DNA from: a virus
Lineage: Duplodnaviria; Heunggongvirae; Uroviricota; Caudoviricetes
IMG/VR virus record: IMGVR_UViG_2713896787_000012
Reading direction: 5' to 3' (one strand)
DNA: 4,826 nt
Positions 1 to 4,720 of this stretch are shown here, one piece after another. Position 1 is the first letter of the stretch, and every line of letters starts with the position of its first letter. The notes beneath the pieces are model-generated. The model worked only from the letters and a program-made list of their open reading frames with translations, made no database searches and had not been told where the DNA came from. The position numbers and the translations under genes were made by a program.

Positions 1-15
1 GGTGAAAGTGAACCA

Positions 16-552
16 GTGTCACCGGTACCGAAAGTGACAGCGCAAATGCTGACTGAGGCGATTGAACAACATGGCCCACAAACGGCGGATGAGCTGGCAC
101 TGATGTTCGGGATTACCTCCCGCCGGGCGAATTCATCGCTGGCCATGGCAATCAGCAAAGGGCGTCTGATTCGCGTGAATCAGGGCGGTAAATTTCGTTA
201 CTGCATACCGGGCGCTGATTTACCGGCAGAGCCGGAAGCTGCATCCGTAGCGGAAACCGATGGTAAAGCCTTTCCTCAGCCAGCAGGTGTTGCGTTACCA
301 GTCCAGGAAACGACGACACAGGAAGAAATGAAAACAGAAATCGTGGAAGACATTGTGAAGTTACAGCCATCGGTCACCGAAACGAAAGCAGATGACCTGA
401 TTCTACCATCGCTGCATGTGGCTAACCGCGAGCTGCGCCGGGTAAAAGGTCAGGTTCAGAAGTGGGAGCGAGTCTGCGCCGCGCTGCGGGAGCTGAACAA
501 GTGCCGGGATATTCTCCGGGATATTACCGCCACCAGAGAACAGCAGCGGTGA
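16..552 (+). CDS. Prophage hypothetical protein (178 aa from GTG 16) with an N-terminal winged-helix-like domain, an acidic Thr/Glu/Pro-rich linker and a basic C-terminal helix; possibly 5'-truncated by the window edge
   Basis: Long ORF with coherent protein-like composition; stop TGA at 550-552. The frame is open back to position 1 and no convincing SD precedes GTG 16 or ATG 46, so the true start may be upstream. N-terminal segment [10 protein letters not shown]...ELALMFGI...GRLIRV looks like an HTH/winged-helix fold. Confidence 0.6.
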   Translation: MSPVPKVTAQMLTEAIEQHGPQTADELALMFGITSRRANSSLAMAISKGRLIRVNQGGKFRYCIPGADLPAEPEAASVAETDGKAFPQPAGVALPVQETTTQEEMKTEIVEDIVKLQPSVTETKADDLILPSLHVANRELRRVKGQVQKWERVCAALRELNKCRDILRDITATREQQR

Positions 553-584
553 GTGGGTGGAAGACGTGGTGCCGGGCGGAAATC

Positions 585-866
585 ATGATACTCCGGCAGT
601 GTGCGGGAACGATGAAGGTAAAAAGCGTTGGCGCACTTATCGGACGAACTGAAGCGGCAGTGAGAACGAAGGCACGGGAGCTGGGCATCAGCATGATGTT
701 ACGTGGTGATTTTCACCCGTCGGCAAAATATTCTCAGCGTGATATTGAGCTGGCGCGGCAACTGCATCAGAGAGGCATGCAAAGAAGGGAAATTGCCAGA
801 AAATTAGGCATGCCGCTGCGCATAGTGAATAACTACGTTTATTTCGACAGGAGGGTGTCTGCGTGA
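585..866 (+). CDS. Small putative DNA-binding protein (93 aa) with two HTH-like segments
   Basis: ORF-track entry 462-866 trimmed to the first in-frame ATG after the upstream stop (ATG 585; alternative ATG 612). The 462-584 extension overlaps the upstream gene in another frame and is R/G-rich. Motifs SVGALIGRTEAAVRTKARELGI and REIARKLGMPLRIVNNYV resemble HTH recognition helices. Stop TGA at 864-866 overlaps the next start. Confidence 0.5.
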   Translation: MILRQCAGTMKVKSVGALIGRTEAAVRTKARELGISMMLRGDFHPSAKYSQRDIELARQLHQRGMQRREIARKLGMPLRIVNNYVYFDRRVSA

Positions 867-1090
867 AAATCCTGTATCAGGATTACGGCCCGGTGGGGCA
901 GGTGGTTATCAGCAGTACTGTAATGGAGTTTCGGAAGCATAACCGTGTGGTGGATGCTGTGCTGTTAACCTGTCCGGGGATATCGGCGAGTCGTGCAGGT
1001 GTGTTTATTATGAAGACGAAATTATATGGCAGTAAGGCGTGGATAAAGAAGGCGTATCGTGTAGCGTTGCAGGAGGTTAACAGTGAGTAA
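863..1090 (+). CDS. Hypothetical phage protein (75 aa)
   Basis: GTG start at 863 overlaps the upstream stop (GTGA) and is preceded by a strong SD, AGGAGGG at 849-855 with 7 nt spacing. Stop TAA at 1088-1090. Confidence 0.5.
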   Translation: MKILYQDYGPVGQVVISSTVMEFRKHNRVVDAVLLTCPGISASRAGVFIMKTKLYGSKAWIKKAYRVALQEVNSE

Positions 1091-1418
1091 AATTAAAGAA
1101 ATGCCGGTAGTTCGTGACGGATATGGCTACTGGACACATCCTGAATATGAAAAATTCTGTGATGGTCGGGAATATATTTCAACGGAAGAGTTTAACGCCT
1201 GGATGGAGGAAAATAATCTTCAATANNNNNNNNNNNNNNNNNNNNNNNNNNNNNNNNNNNNNNNNNNNNNNNNNNGTGCTGACCTTGATGCGTGTGATGC
1301 TGATATTTCTGCATGGGAACCGGAACGACCAGAGGGCGATGGCTGGTTTATTGGTTCCATTCATGATACGGAAGATGGCCCGGTTTGTGTCTGGTTGCGA
1401 AATAAGGCTGAAGCATAA
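1083..1418 (+). CDS. Hypothetical phage protein (about 111 aa), interrupted by a 50-nt N run
   Basis: GTG 1083 is preceded by AGGAGG at 1071-1076 (6 nt spacing) and overlaps the upstream gene by 8 nt. Protein-like sequence on both sides of the gap (MSKIKEMPVVRDGYGYWTHPEY... / ...WEPERPEGDGWFIGSIHDTEDGPVCVW). Frame continuity across the Ns is assumed, not proven. Confidence 0.55.
   Translation: MSKIKEMPVVRDGYGYWTHPEYEKFCDGREYISTEEFNAWMEENNLQXXXXXXXXXXXXXXXXXXADLDACDADISAWEPERPEGDGWFIGSIHDTEDGPVCVWLRNKAEA
1226..1275. other. Run of 50 N (masked or unsequenced bases) inside CDS 1083-1418
   Basis: Directly visible in the sequence. Confidence 0.99.
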
Positions 1419-1517
1419 AGGCGATAAACCAACTAACAACTAAATACTGAAGATTTAAATCAGAAACGATTTTTATTAAATCCTTAACCGGAGGGATTCC
1501 TGCACCCTCAGAACATC

Positions 1518-1540
1518 AGGAGGCCGCCCGAAAGGGCGGT
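1518..1540 (+). promoter_or_regulatory. Structured ribosome-binding region: SD AGGAGG (1518-1523) followed by a GC stem with GAAA loop (1523-1540), just upstream of ATG 1546
   Basis: Stem ccgccc (1524-1529) pairs with gggcgg (1534-1539) around loop gaaa. The hairpin sits between a strong SD and the start codon, so folding would bring the SD to about 5 nt from the ATG. No U-tract follows, so it is not a terminator. Confidence 0.35.
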
Positions 1541-1545
1541 AAGAA

Positions 1546-1764
1546 ATGAAACATTATTTAGAAAAAAATTACCCACGAAAGAGCAGAACAACAGAGTTTC
1601 TGTTTTTCATTCTGTTTATAGTGTTGATGATACCGATATCCCCGCTATTACTGGTCTGGATAATTGGAAGGACATTTGAACCAGTTATTGAGCTATATAC
1701 CGATGTGACATGGGAATCATTCAGCGCACTGCACAATAAAATTAATCCGTATAAGGAAAACTGA
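1546..1764 (+). CDS. Small membrane protein (72 aa, one predicted transmembrane helix), AT-rich; likely horizontally acquired cargo
   Basis: ATG 1546, stop TGA 1762-1764. Hydrophobic stretch FLFFILFIVLMIPISPLLLVWIIG. Codon usage is AT-rich with rare codons (ata, aga, agg, cta), unlike flanking genes. Stop lies 1 nt before the next ATG. Confidence 0.45.
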   Translation: MKHYLEKNYPRKSRTTEFLFFILFIVLMIPISPLLLVWIIGRTFEPVIELYTDVTWESFSALHNKINPYKEN

Positions 1765-1765
1765 T

Positions 1766-2323
1766 ATGAGCACTATTACCAGAGAACGCGCGGAGATTAA
1801 ATCATACATCACAGGCTTCCTGAGCGACTCGGCGCACGATAACAAGTCTTCAGACAGCCTGCTGGCTAATGTGTTTCGTATCGCGCTGGCATCACTGGAA
1901 GCAGAGCCGATAGCAATGGTAGTGCCTGATGAAATGGATTTGCTTACCTGCCATCTCGACGGTGTAACTAAAACATATGCTGATGGCTGGAACGCCTGCC
2001 GCGTCGCCATGCTTCAGGCCGGAAACTTTCGGGAAAATAAGAATTCGTCAACCAACAATTTTCGGGAAATCTCGGAAACGTCAACCAGATCTCCGATAAC
2101 TCTGGATGGCTGGATAAGCTGTACTGAGCGAATGCCTGAAAAGAGCCAGAACGTGCTTATTTCGATGAATATCGATAGCGAGGCTGGGCCATTAATATAT
2201 TCCGCACGCTATCTCGGAGGCACGTTCCGGCGCGGAGGTATAGCAGTTAGTCCGGGTAATGATCTTAGGCAAGCAACCCACTGGATGTCGCTACCAGAAC
2301 CGCCGCAGGAGGTGAATCAATGA
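1766..2323 (+). CDS. DUF551-like phage protein (185 aa)
   Basis: SD AAGGA at 1753-1757, ATG 1766. C-terminal region (WISCTERMPE ... THWMSLPEPP) matches my recollection of the conserved DUF551 C-terminal signature common in lambdoid nin regions. Confidence 0.7.
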   Translation: MSTITRERAEIKSYITGFLSDSAHDNKSSDSLLANVFRIALASLEAEPIAMVVPDEMDLLTCHLDGVTKTYADGWNACRVAMLQAGNFRENKNSSTNNFREISETSTRSPITLDGWISCTERMPEKSQNVLISMNIDSEAGPLIYSARYLGGTFRRGGIAVSPGNDLRQATHWMSLPEPPQEVNQ

Positions 2324-2403
2324 CCTGGCCTGAAGCATTCACAACGGTAGGAATTGCGATGGCGGTGGCGCTGGTGGAGTATTCGATTTGCCGCTGGGGA
2401 TAA
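2320..2403 (+). CDS. Candidate micro-protein (27 aa, hydrophobic): MTWPEAFTTVGIAMAVALVEYSICRWG
   Basis: ATG 2320 overlaps the upstream stop (ATGA) and is preceded by AGGAGG at 2307-2312 with 7 nt spacing. Too short for the ORF track. Ends TAA 2401-2403, immediately before the hok promoter. Confidence 0.35.
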   Translation: MTWPEAFTTVGIAMAVALVEYSICRWG

Positions 2404-2410
2404 AAACGGT

Positions 2411-2438
2411 TTGCGGGAAAAGGATAGTTAAGTAGAAT
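2411..2438 (+). promoter_or_regulatory. Putative sigma70 promoter of the hok mRNA (-35 TTGCGG 2411-2416, 16-nt spacer, -10 TAGAAT 2433-2438)
   Basis: Hexamers and spacing read directly. The predicted +1 (about 2445) coincides with a GGGTGCTTGAGGC motif resembling the 5' end of plasmid R1 hok mRNA (GGCGCTTGAGGC, from memory). Confidence 0.5.
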
Positions 2439-2492
2439 TGCAGCGGGTGCTTGAGGCTATCTGCCTCGGGCATGAACACCAACGGCAGATAG

Positions 2493-2566
2493 AGAAAAGC
2501 CCCAGTTAACATTACGCGTCCTGCAAGACGCTTAACATTAATCTGAGGCTCAATCCATGCTGAACA
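2493..2566 (-). ncRNA. sok: Sok-like antisense RNA (type I antitoxin), about 70 nt, complementary to the hok leader and mok translation-initiation region
   Basis: Minus-strand promoter lies just to the right; the transcript would start near 2565 and run leftward across the mok ATG (2557). It ends in an imperfect hairpin (gcgtc/gacgc core at 2515-2530 flanked by 9-bp ttaacatta repeats) followed on the minus strand by ttttctc (2498-2492). Ends are approximate. Confidence 0.5.
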
Positions 2567-2799
2567 CATGTAGGTTAGCCTCTTACGTGCCGAAAGGCAA
2601 GGAGAAGCAGGCTATGAAGCAGCAAANNNNNNNNNNNNNNNNNNNNNNNNNNNNNNNNNNNNNNNNNNNNNNNNNNATCGTCATCTGTTTAACCGTCATA
2701 GTGACGGCACTGGTAACGAGGAAAGACCTCTGCGAGGTGCGAATCCGAACCGGTCAGACGGAGGTCGCTGTCTTCGTAGACTACGAATCTGAGAAGTAA
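2557..2799 (+). CDS. mok: Mok-like leader reading frame, in frame with and containing hok (arrangement as in chromosomal mokC/hokC)
   Basis: ATG 2557; N-terminus MLNTCRLASYVPKGKEKQA resembles the MokC N-terminus (MLNTCRVPLTDRKVKEKRA, from memory) and reads straight into the hok start MKQQ. Confidence 0.55.
   Translation: MLNTCRLASYVPKGKEKQAMKQQXXXXXXXXXXXXXXXXXIVICLTVIVTALVTRKDLCEVRIRTGQTEVAVFVDYESEK
2572..2600 (-). promoter_or_regulatory. Putative sok promoter on the minus strand (-35 TTGCCT, 17-nt spacer, -10 TAACCT)
   Basis: Reverse complement of 2595-2600 (aggcaa) gives TTGCCT and of 2572-2577 (aggtta) gives TAACCT, with a 17-nt spacer. Position matches the R1 sok promoter embedded antisense in the mok 5' region. 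Confidence 0.5.
2614..2799 (+). CDS. hok: Hok/Gef-family type I toxin (small membrane toxin); N-terminal/transmembrane part masked by 50 N
   Basis: After the gap: IVICLTVIVTALVTRKDLCEVRIRTGQTEVAVFVDYESEK, nearly identical in pattern to the HokC/Gef core (ALVTRKDLCEVHIRTGQTEVAVFTAYESE, from memory). ATG 2614 (MKQQ) is preceded by AAGGAGAAG. Stop TAA 2797-2799. Apparent length of 61 aa depends on the true gap size. Confidence 0.85.
   Translation: MKQQXXXXXXXXXXXXXXXXXIVICLTVIVTALVTRKDLCEVRIRTGQTEVAVFVDYESEK
2627..2676. other. Run of 50 N inside hok/mok
   Basis: Directly visible in the sequence; covers the hok N-terminal/transmembrane coding part. Confidence 0.99.
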
Positions 2800-2806
2800 G
2801 AGACCA

Positions 2807-2861
2807 GGCGGGGGAGTAATCTCCCGCCACCTCTGATGTGTCAGGCATCCTCAACGCACCC
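2807..2861 (+). promoter_or_regulatory. hok mRNA 3' region: stem-loop (2807-2828) plus fold-back element (2849-2861) complementary to the mRNA 5' end
   Basis: ggcgggggag / taat / ctcccgcc hairpin with no U-tract, then cctcaacgcaccc complementary to 2445-2456. Consistent with the fbi/tac pairing that keeps full-length hok mRNA translationally inert. Confidence 0.5.
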
Positions 2862-2918
2862 GCGCTTTACCATACTGAAAATGCTGTTTGAATGTTCATC
2901 TCTGAAAGAGGACTATGA

Positions 2919-3263
2919 ATGAAAAAGGTATTGATTGCAGCACTTATTTCCGGTGTGTCTTTTGGCGCTTTTGCACAGCAGGGTGGTTTCCAGGGGCCAG
3001 AAGCAGAGCGTTCAACAGTAGCGCAGGCAAAAGAACTGAAGGATGATGCATGGGTTATCCTTGAAGGGAGCATCGTTAAAAAAGTGGGTGATGAACGTTA
3101 TGAGTTTCGTGACAATAGCGGGACAATTGTCACGGATATTGATGACAGCGTATGGGCCGGGCAGAATGTTTCTCCGAAAGACAAAGTAAGAATTGAGGGT
3201 GAAATTGATAAAGACCTGAGCAGTGTTGAAGTTGATGTAAAGGCACTGAAATTATTAAAGTAA
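2919..3263 (+). CDS. YgiW/YdeI (BOF, DUF388) family secreted OB-fold protein (114 aa) with Sec signal peptide
   Basis: SD AAGAGGA at 2906-2912, ATG 2919. Signal peptide MKKVLIAALISGVSFGAFA followed by QQ. Body (WVILEGSIVKKVGDERYEFRDNSGTIVTDIDDSVW...VRIEGEIDKD...VEVDVK) matches the YgiW/YdeI family pattern as I recall it. Own terminator downstream. Confidence 0.85.
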   Translation: MKKVLIAALISGVSFGAFAQQGGFQGPEAERSTVAQAKELKDDAWVILEGSIVKKVGDERYEFRDNSGTIVTDIDDSVWAGQNVSPKDKVRIEGEIDKDLSSVEVDVKALKLLK

Positions 3264-3281
3264 CCGCCCCTGCTTGTTAAG

Positions 3282-3308
3282 CCCGTCTTACTGACGGGTT
3301 TTCTGTTT
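3282..3308 (+). terminator. Rho-independent terminator after the YgiW-like gene
   Basis: Stem cccgtc (3282-3287) / gacggg (3293-3298) with loop ttact, followed by ttttctgttt. Confidence 0.7.
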
Positions 3309-3335
3309 GTACATTCCGGCGTATTGCCTTACAAT
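3307..3335 (+). promoter_or_regulatory. Weak candidate promoter for the downstream genes (-35 TTGTAC 3307-3312, 17-nt spacer, -10 TACAAT 3330-3335)
   Basis: Hexamer match only; it sits between the terminator and the next CDS. Confidence 0.3.
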
Positions 3336-3384
3336 TCGCGCAGTCAGCCTGAACAACTGACACCTGCTGTCACCGGAGAATCCG

Positions 3385-3657
3385 ATGACACAACACATAA
3401 AATCCCACAATTCTGAAGCCGACCCGGAAATTAAGCAGGGGAGGCGTTTTCGTGCGCCTCAGTATGGCTGGTTTCACTATCTGTTCTGTACGATCGATGA
3501 GGCAGATATGCTTCAAGAGGCGTATCTGCGTCGCGGTGTCCGTGTGGAGCGGAGTCTGAACGCTGATCGTCTGACCTGGACCGTTTCTGTATATCTTCCT
3601 GTTCGTGCACATCTGCCACGGACACATGCCTGCTACCGTCAGCGCGTCTGGAGGTAA
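3385..3657 (+). CDS. Hypothetical small protein (90 aa), translationally coupled to the downstream YdfU-like gene; occupies the position of rem in the E. coli Qin prophage
   Basis: Good SD (GGAG, about 6 nt spacing) before ATG 3385. Stop TAA 3655-3657 lies inside the junction TAATGTG, where GTG 3659 starts the next gene. Homology to Rem is not established. Confidence 0.5.
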   Translation: MTQHIKSHNSEADPEIKQGRRFRAPQYGWFHYLFCTIDEADMLQEAYLRRGVRVERSLNADRLTWTVSVYLPVRAHLPRTHACYRQRVWR

Positions 3658-3658
3658 T

Positions 3659-4708
3659 GTGCGGGTATTACTTCGACCTGTTCTGGTTCCGGAACTCGGG
3701 CTGGTGGTCCTTAAGCCCGGTCGTGAATCATTGCCAGTTTTTCATCGCGGCAGGGTGCTGGTGGAGCCGGAACCGAAAAACATGCGGGCGCTGCCATCTG
3801 GAGCGGTTCCTGCTGTTCGCCAGCCGCTGGCGGAAGATAAATCACTGCTGCCATTTTTCAGCGATGAGCGGGTGATTCGTGCAGCTGGCGGCGCTGGTGC
3901 ACTGTCTGACTGGTTATTACGTCACGTGAAATCCTGCCAGTGGCCACACGGCGATTATCATCACAGCGAAACCGTTATTCACAGTTACGGTGCTGGCGCA
4001 ATGGTGTTGTGCTGGCACTGCGACAACCAGCTGCGCGACCAGACCTCCGAATCACTTGAGCAACTTACTCAACAAAATCTGACAGCCTGGATGATTGACG
4101 TCATACGCCATGTAATGAATGGCACGCAGGAGCGGGAATTATCGCTGGCTGAATTATCCTGGTGGGCAGTCTGCAATCAGGTGGTGGACGCATTACCTGA
4201 GGCAGTATCGCGTCGTTCTCTGGGATTACCGGCGGAAAAAATCCGCTCCGTATACCGTGAAAGCGACATCATACCGGGAGAACAGACCGCCACCAGCATA
4301 CTGAAGCAGCGCACAAAAAATATTGCGCTACCGCCTCACACCCACCAGCAACAGAACCCACCACAGGAAAAGACGGTGGTCAGCATTGCCGTTGATCCGG
4401 AGTCTCCGGAATCCTTCATGAAACGACCTAAACGTCGCCGCTGGGTAAATGAGAAATACACACGCTGGGTAAAGACACAGCCGTGTGCGTGTTGTGGTAA
4501 GCCAGCGGACGATCCTCATCATCTGATTGGTCATGGTCAGGGTGGAATGGGAACAAAATCCCACGATATTTTCACGCTACCGCTGTGTCGGGAGCATCAC
4601 AACGAGCTTCATGCGGATCCGCTGGCGTTCGAAGAAAAGCATGGTTCCCAGGTTGATTTAATTTTTCGTTTTCTTGATCACGCCTTTGCAACCGGCGTGC
4701 TCGGGTAA
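3659..4708 (+). CDS. YdfU-like DUF968 protein (349 aa) with a C-terminal Cys/His zinc-finger, HNH-like motif
   Basis: ORF-track entry 3605-4708 trimmed to GTG 3659, which is preceded by GGAGG (3650-3654) and directly follows the upstream stop. The resulting 349 aa matches the length I recall for E. coli YdfU. C-terminus CACCGKPADDPHHLIGHGQGGMGTKSHDIFTLPLCREHHNELH. Start could alternatively be ATG 3626 or GTG 3605. Confidence 0.7.
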   Translation: MRVLLRPVLVPELGLVVLKPGRESLPVFHRGRVLVEPEPKNMRALPSGAVPAVRQPLAEDKSLLPFFSDERVIRAAGGAGALSDWLLRHVKSCQWPHGDYHHSETVIHSYGAGAMVLCWHCDNQLRDQTSESLEQLTQQNLTAWMIDVIRHVMNGTQERELSLAELSWWAVCNQVVDALPEAVSRRSLGLPAEKIRSVYRESDIIPGEQTATSILKQRTKNIALPPHTHQQQNPPQEKTVVSIAVDPESPESFMKRPKRRRWVNEKYTRWVKTQPCACCGKPADDPHHLIGHGQGGMGTKSHDIFTLPLCREHHNELHADPLAFEEKHGSQVDLIFRFLDHAFATGVLG

Positions 4709-4720
4709 AAGAGGTTACTG

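Larger units (their letters stand above)
2445..2865 (+). other. hok: Predicted full-length hok mRNA (about 420 nt) with structured 5' leader and 3' fold-back element
   Basis: Leader contains a 9-bp inverted repeat, ctatctgcc (2457-2465) / ggcagatag (2484-2492), equivalent to the CTTTCTGCC...GGCAGAAAG stem of R1 hok mRNA. The 3' segment cctcaacgcaccc (2849-2861) is nearly the reverse complement of the 5' end gggtgcttgagg (2445-2456). Confidence 0.6.

Noticed and set aside
152-370. Minus-strand 72-aa ORF
   Set aside because: Lies entirely antisense within the well-supported 16-552 CDS, with no SD or start context; treated as a chance ORF.
462-584. N-terminal extension of the 462-866 ORF
   Set aside because: Overlaps the upstream CDS in another frame and is R/G/A-rich low-complexity sequence; the gene more plausibly starts at ATG 585 (or 612).
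1114-1443. Alternative-frame ORFs across the first N run (1114-1443 on +, 1179-1439 on -)
   Set aside because: They overlap the better-supported 1083-1418 CDS, which has a strong SD, and owe their length partly to the Ns being read as codons.
1440-1500. Possible promoter in the AT-rich spacer (TTTAAA / TATTAAAT-like hexamers)
   Set aside because: Matches are weak and ambiguous in AT-rich DNA, so I could not place -35 and -10 confidently.
1717-2010. Minus-strand 97-aa ORF
   Set aside because: Antisense to the DUF551-like CDS, with no independent support.
2339-2569. Minus-strand 76-aa ORF over the hok promoter and leader
   Set aside because: Pro-rich and implausible as a protein; the region is better explained by the hok mRNA leader on + and the Sok-like RNA on -.
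2867-3073. Minus-strand 68-aa ORF
   Set aside because: Antisense to the YgiW-like gene, which has a clear signal peptide, SD and terminator.
3370-3627. Minus-strand ORFs 3370-3627 and 3431-3625
   Set aside because: Antisense to the 90-aa ORF, with no start context.
3605-3875. GTG 3605 extension of the large ORF, and the W/C-rich 72-aa ORF starting at ATG 3657
   Set aside because: The extension overlaps the upstream CDS and lacks an SD, and the 3657 ORF has implausible composition (W, C, F, R rich). GTG 3659 with GGAGG is the better start. A programmed frameshift joining 3385-3657 to the large ORF was considered but is unnecessary, since a stop-start junction with an SD explains the arrangement.
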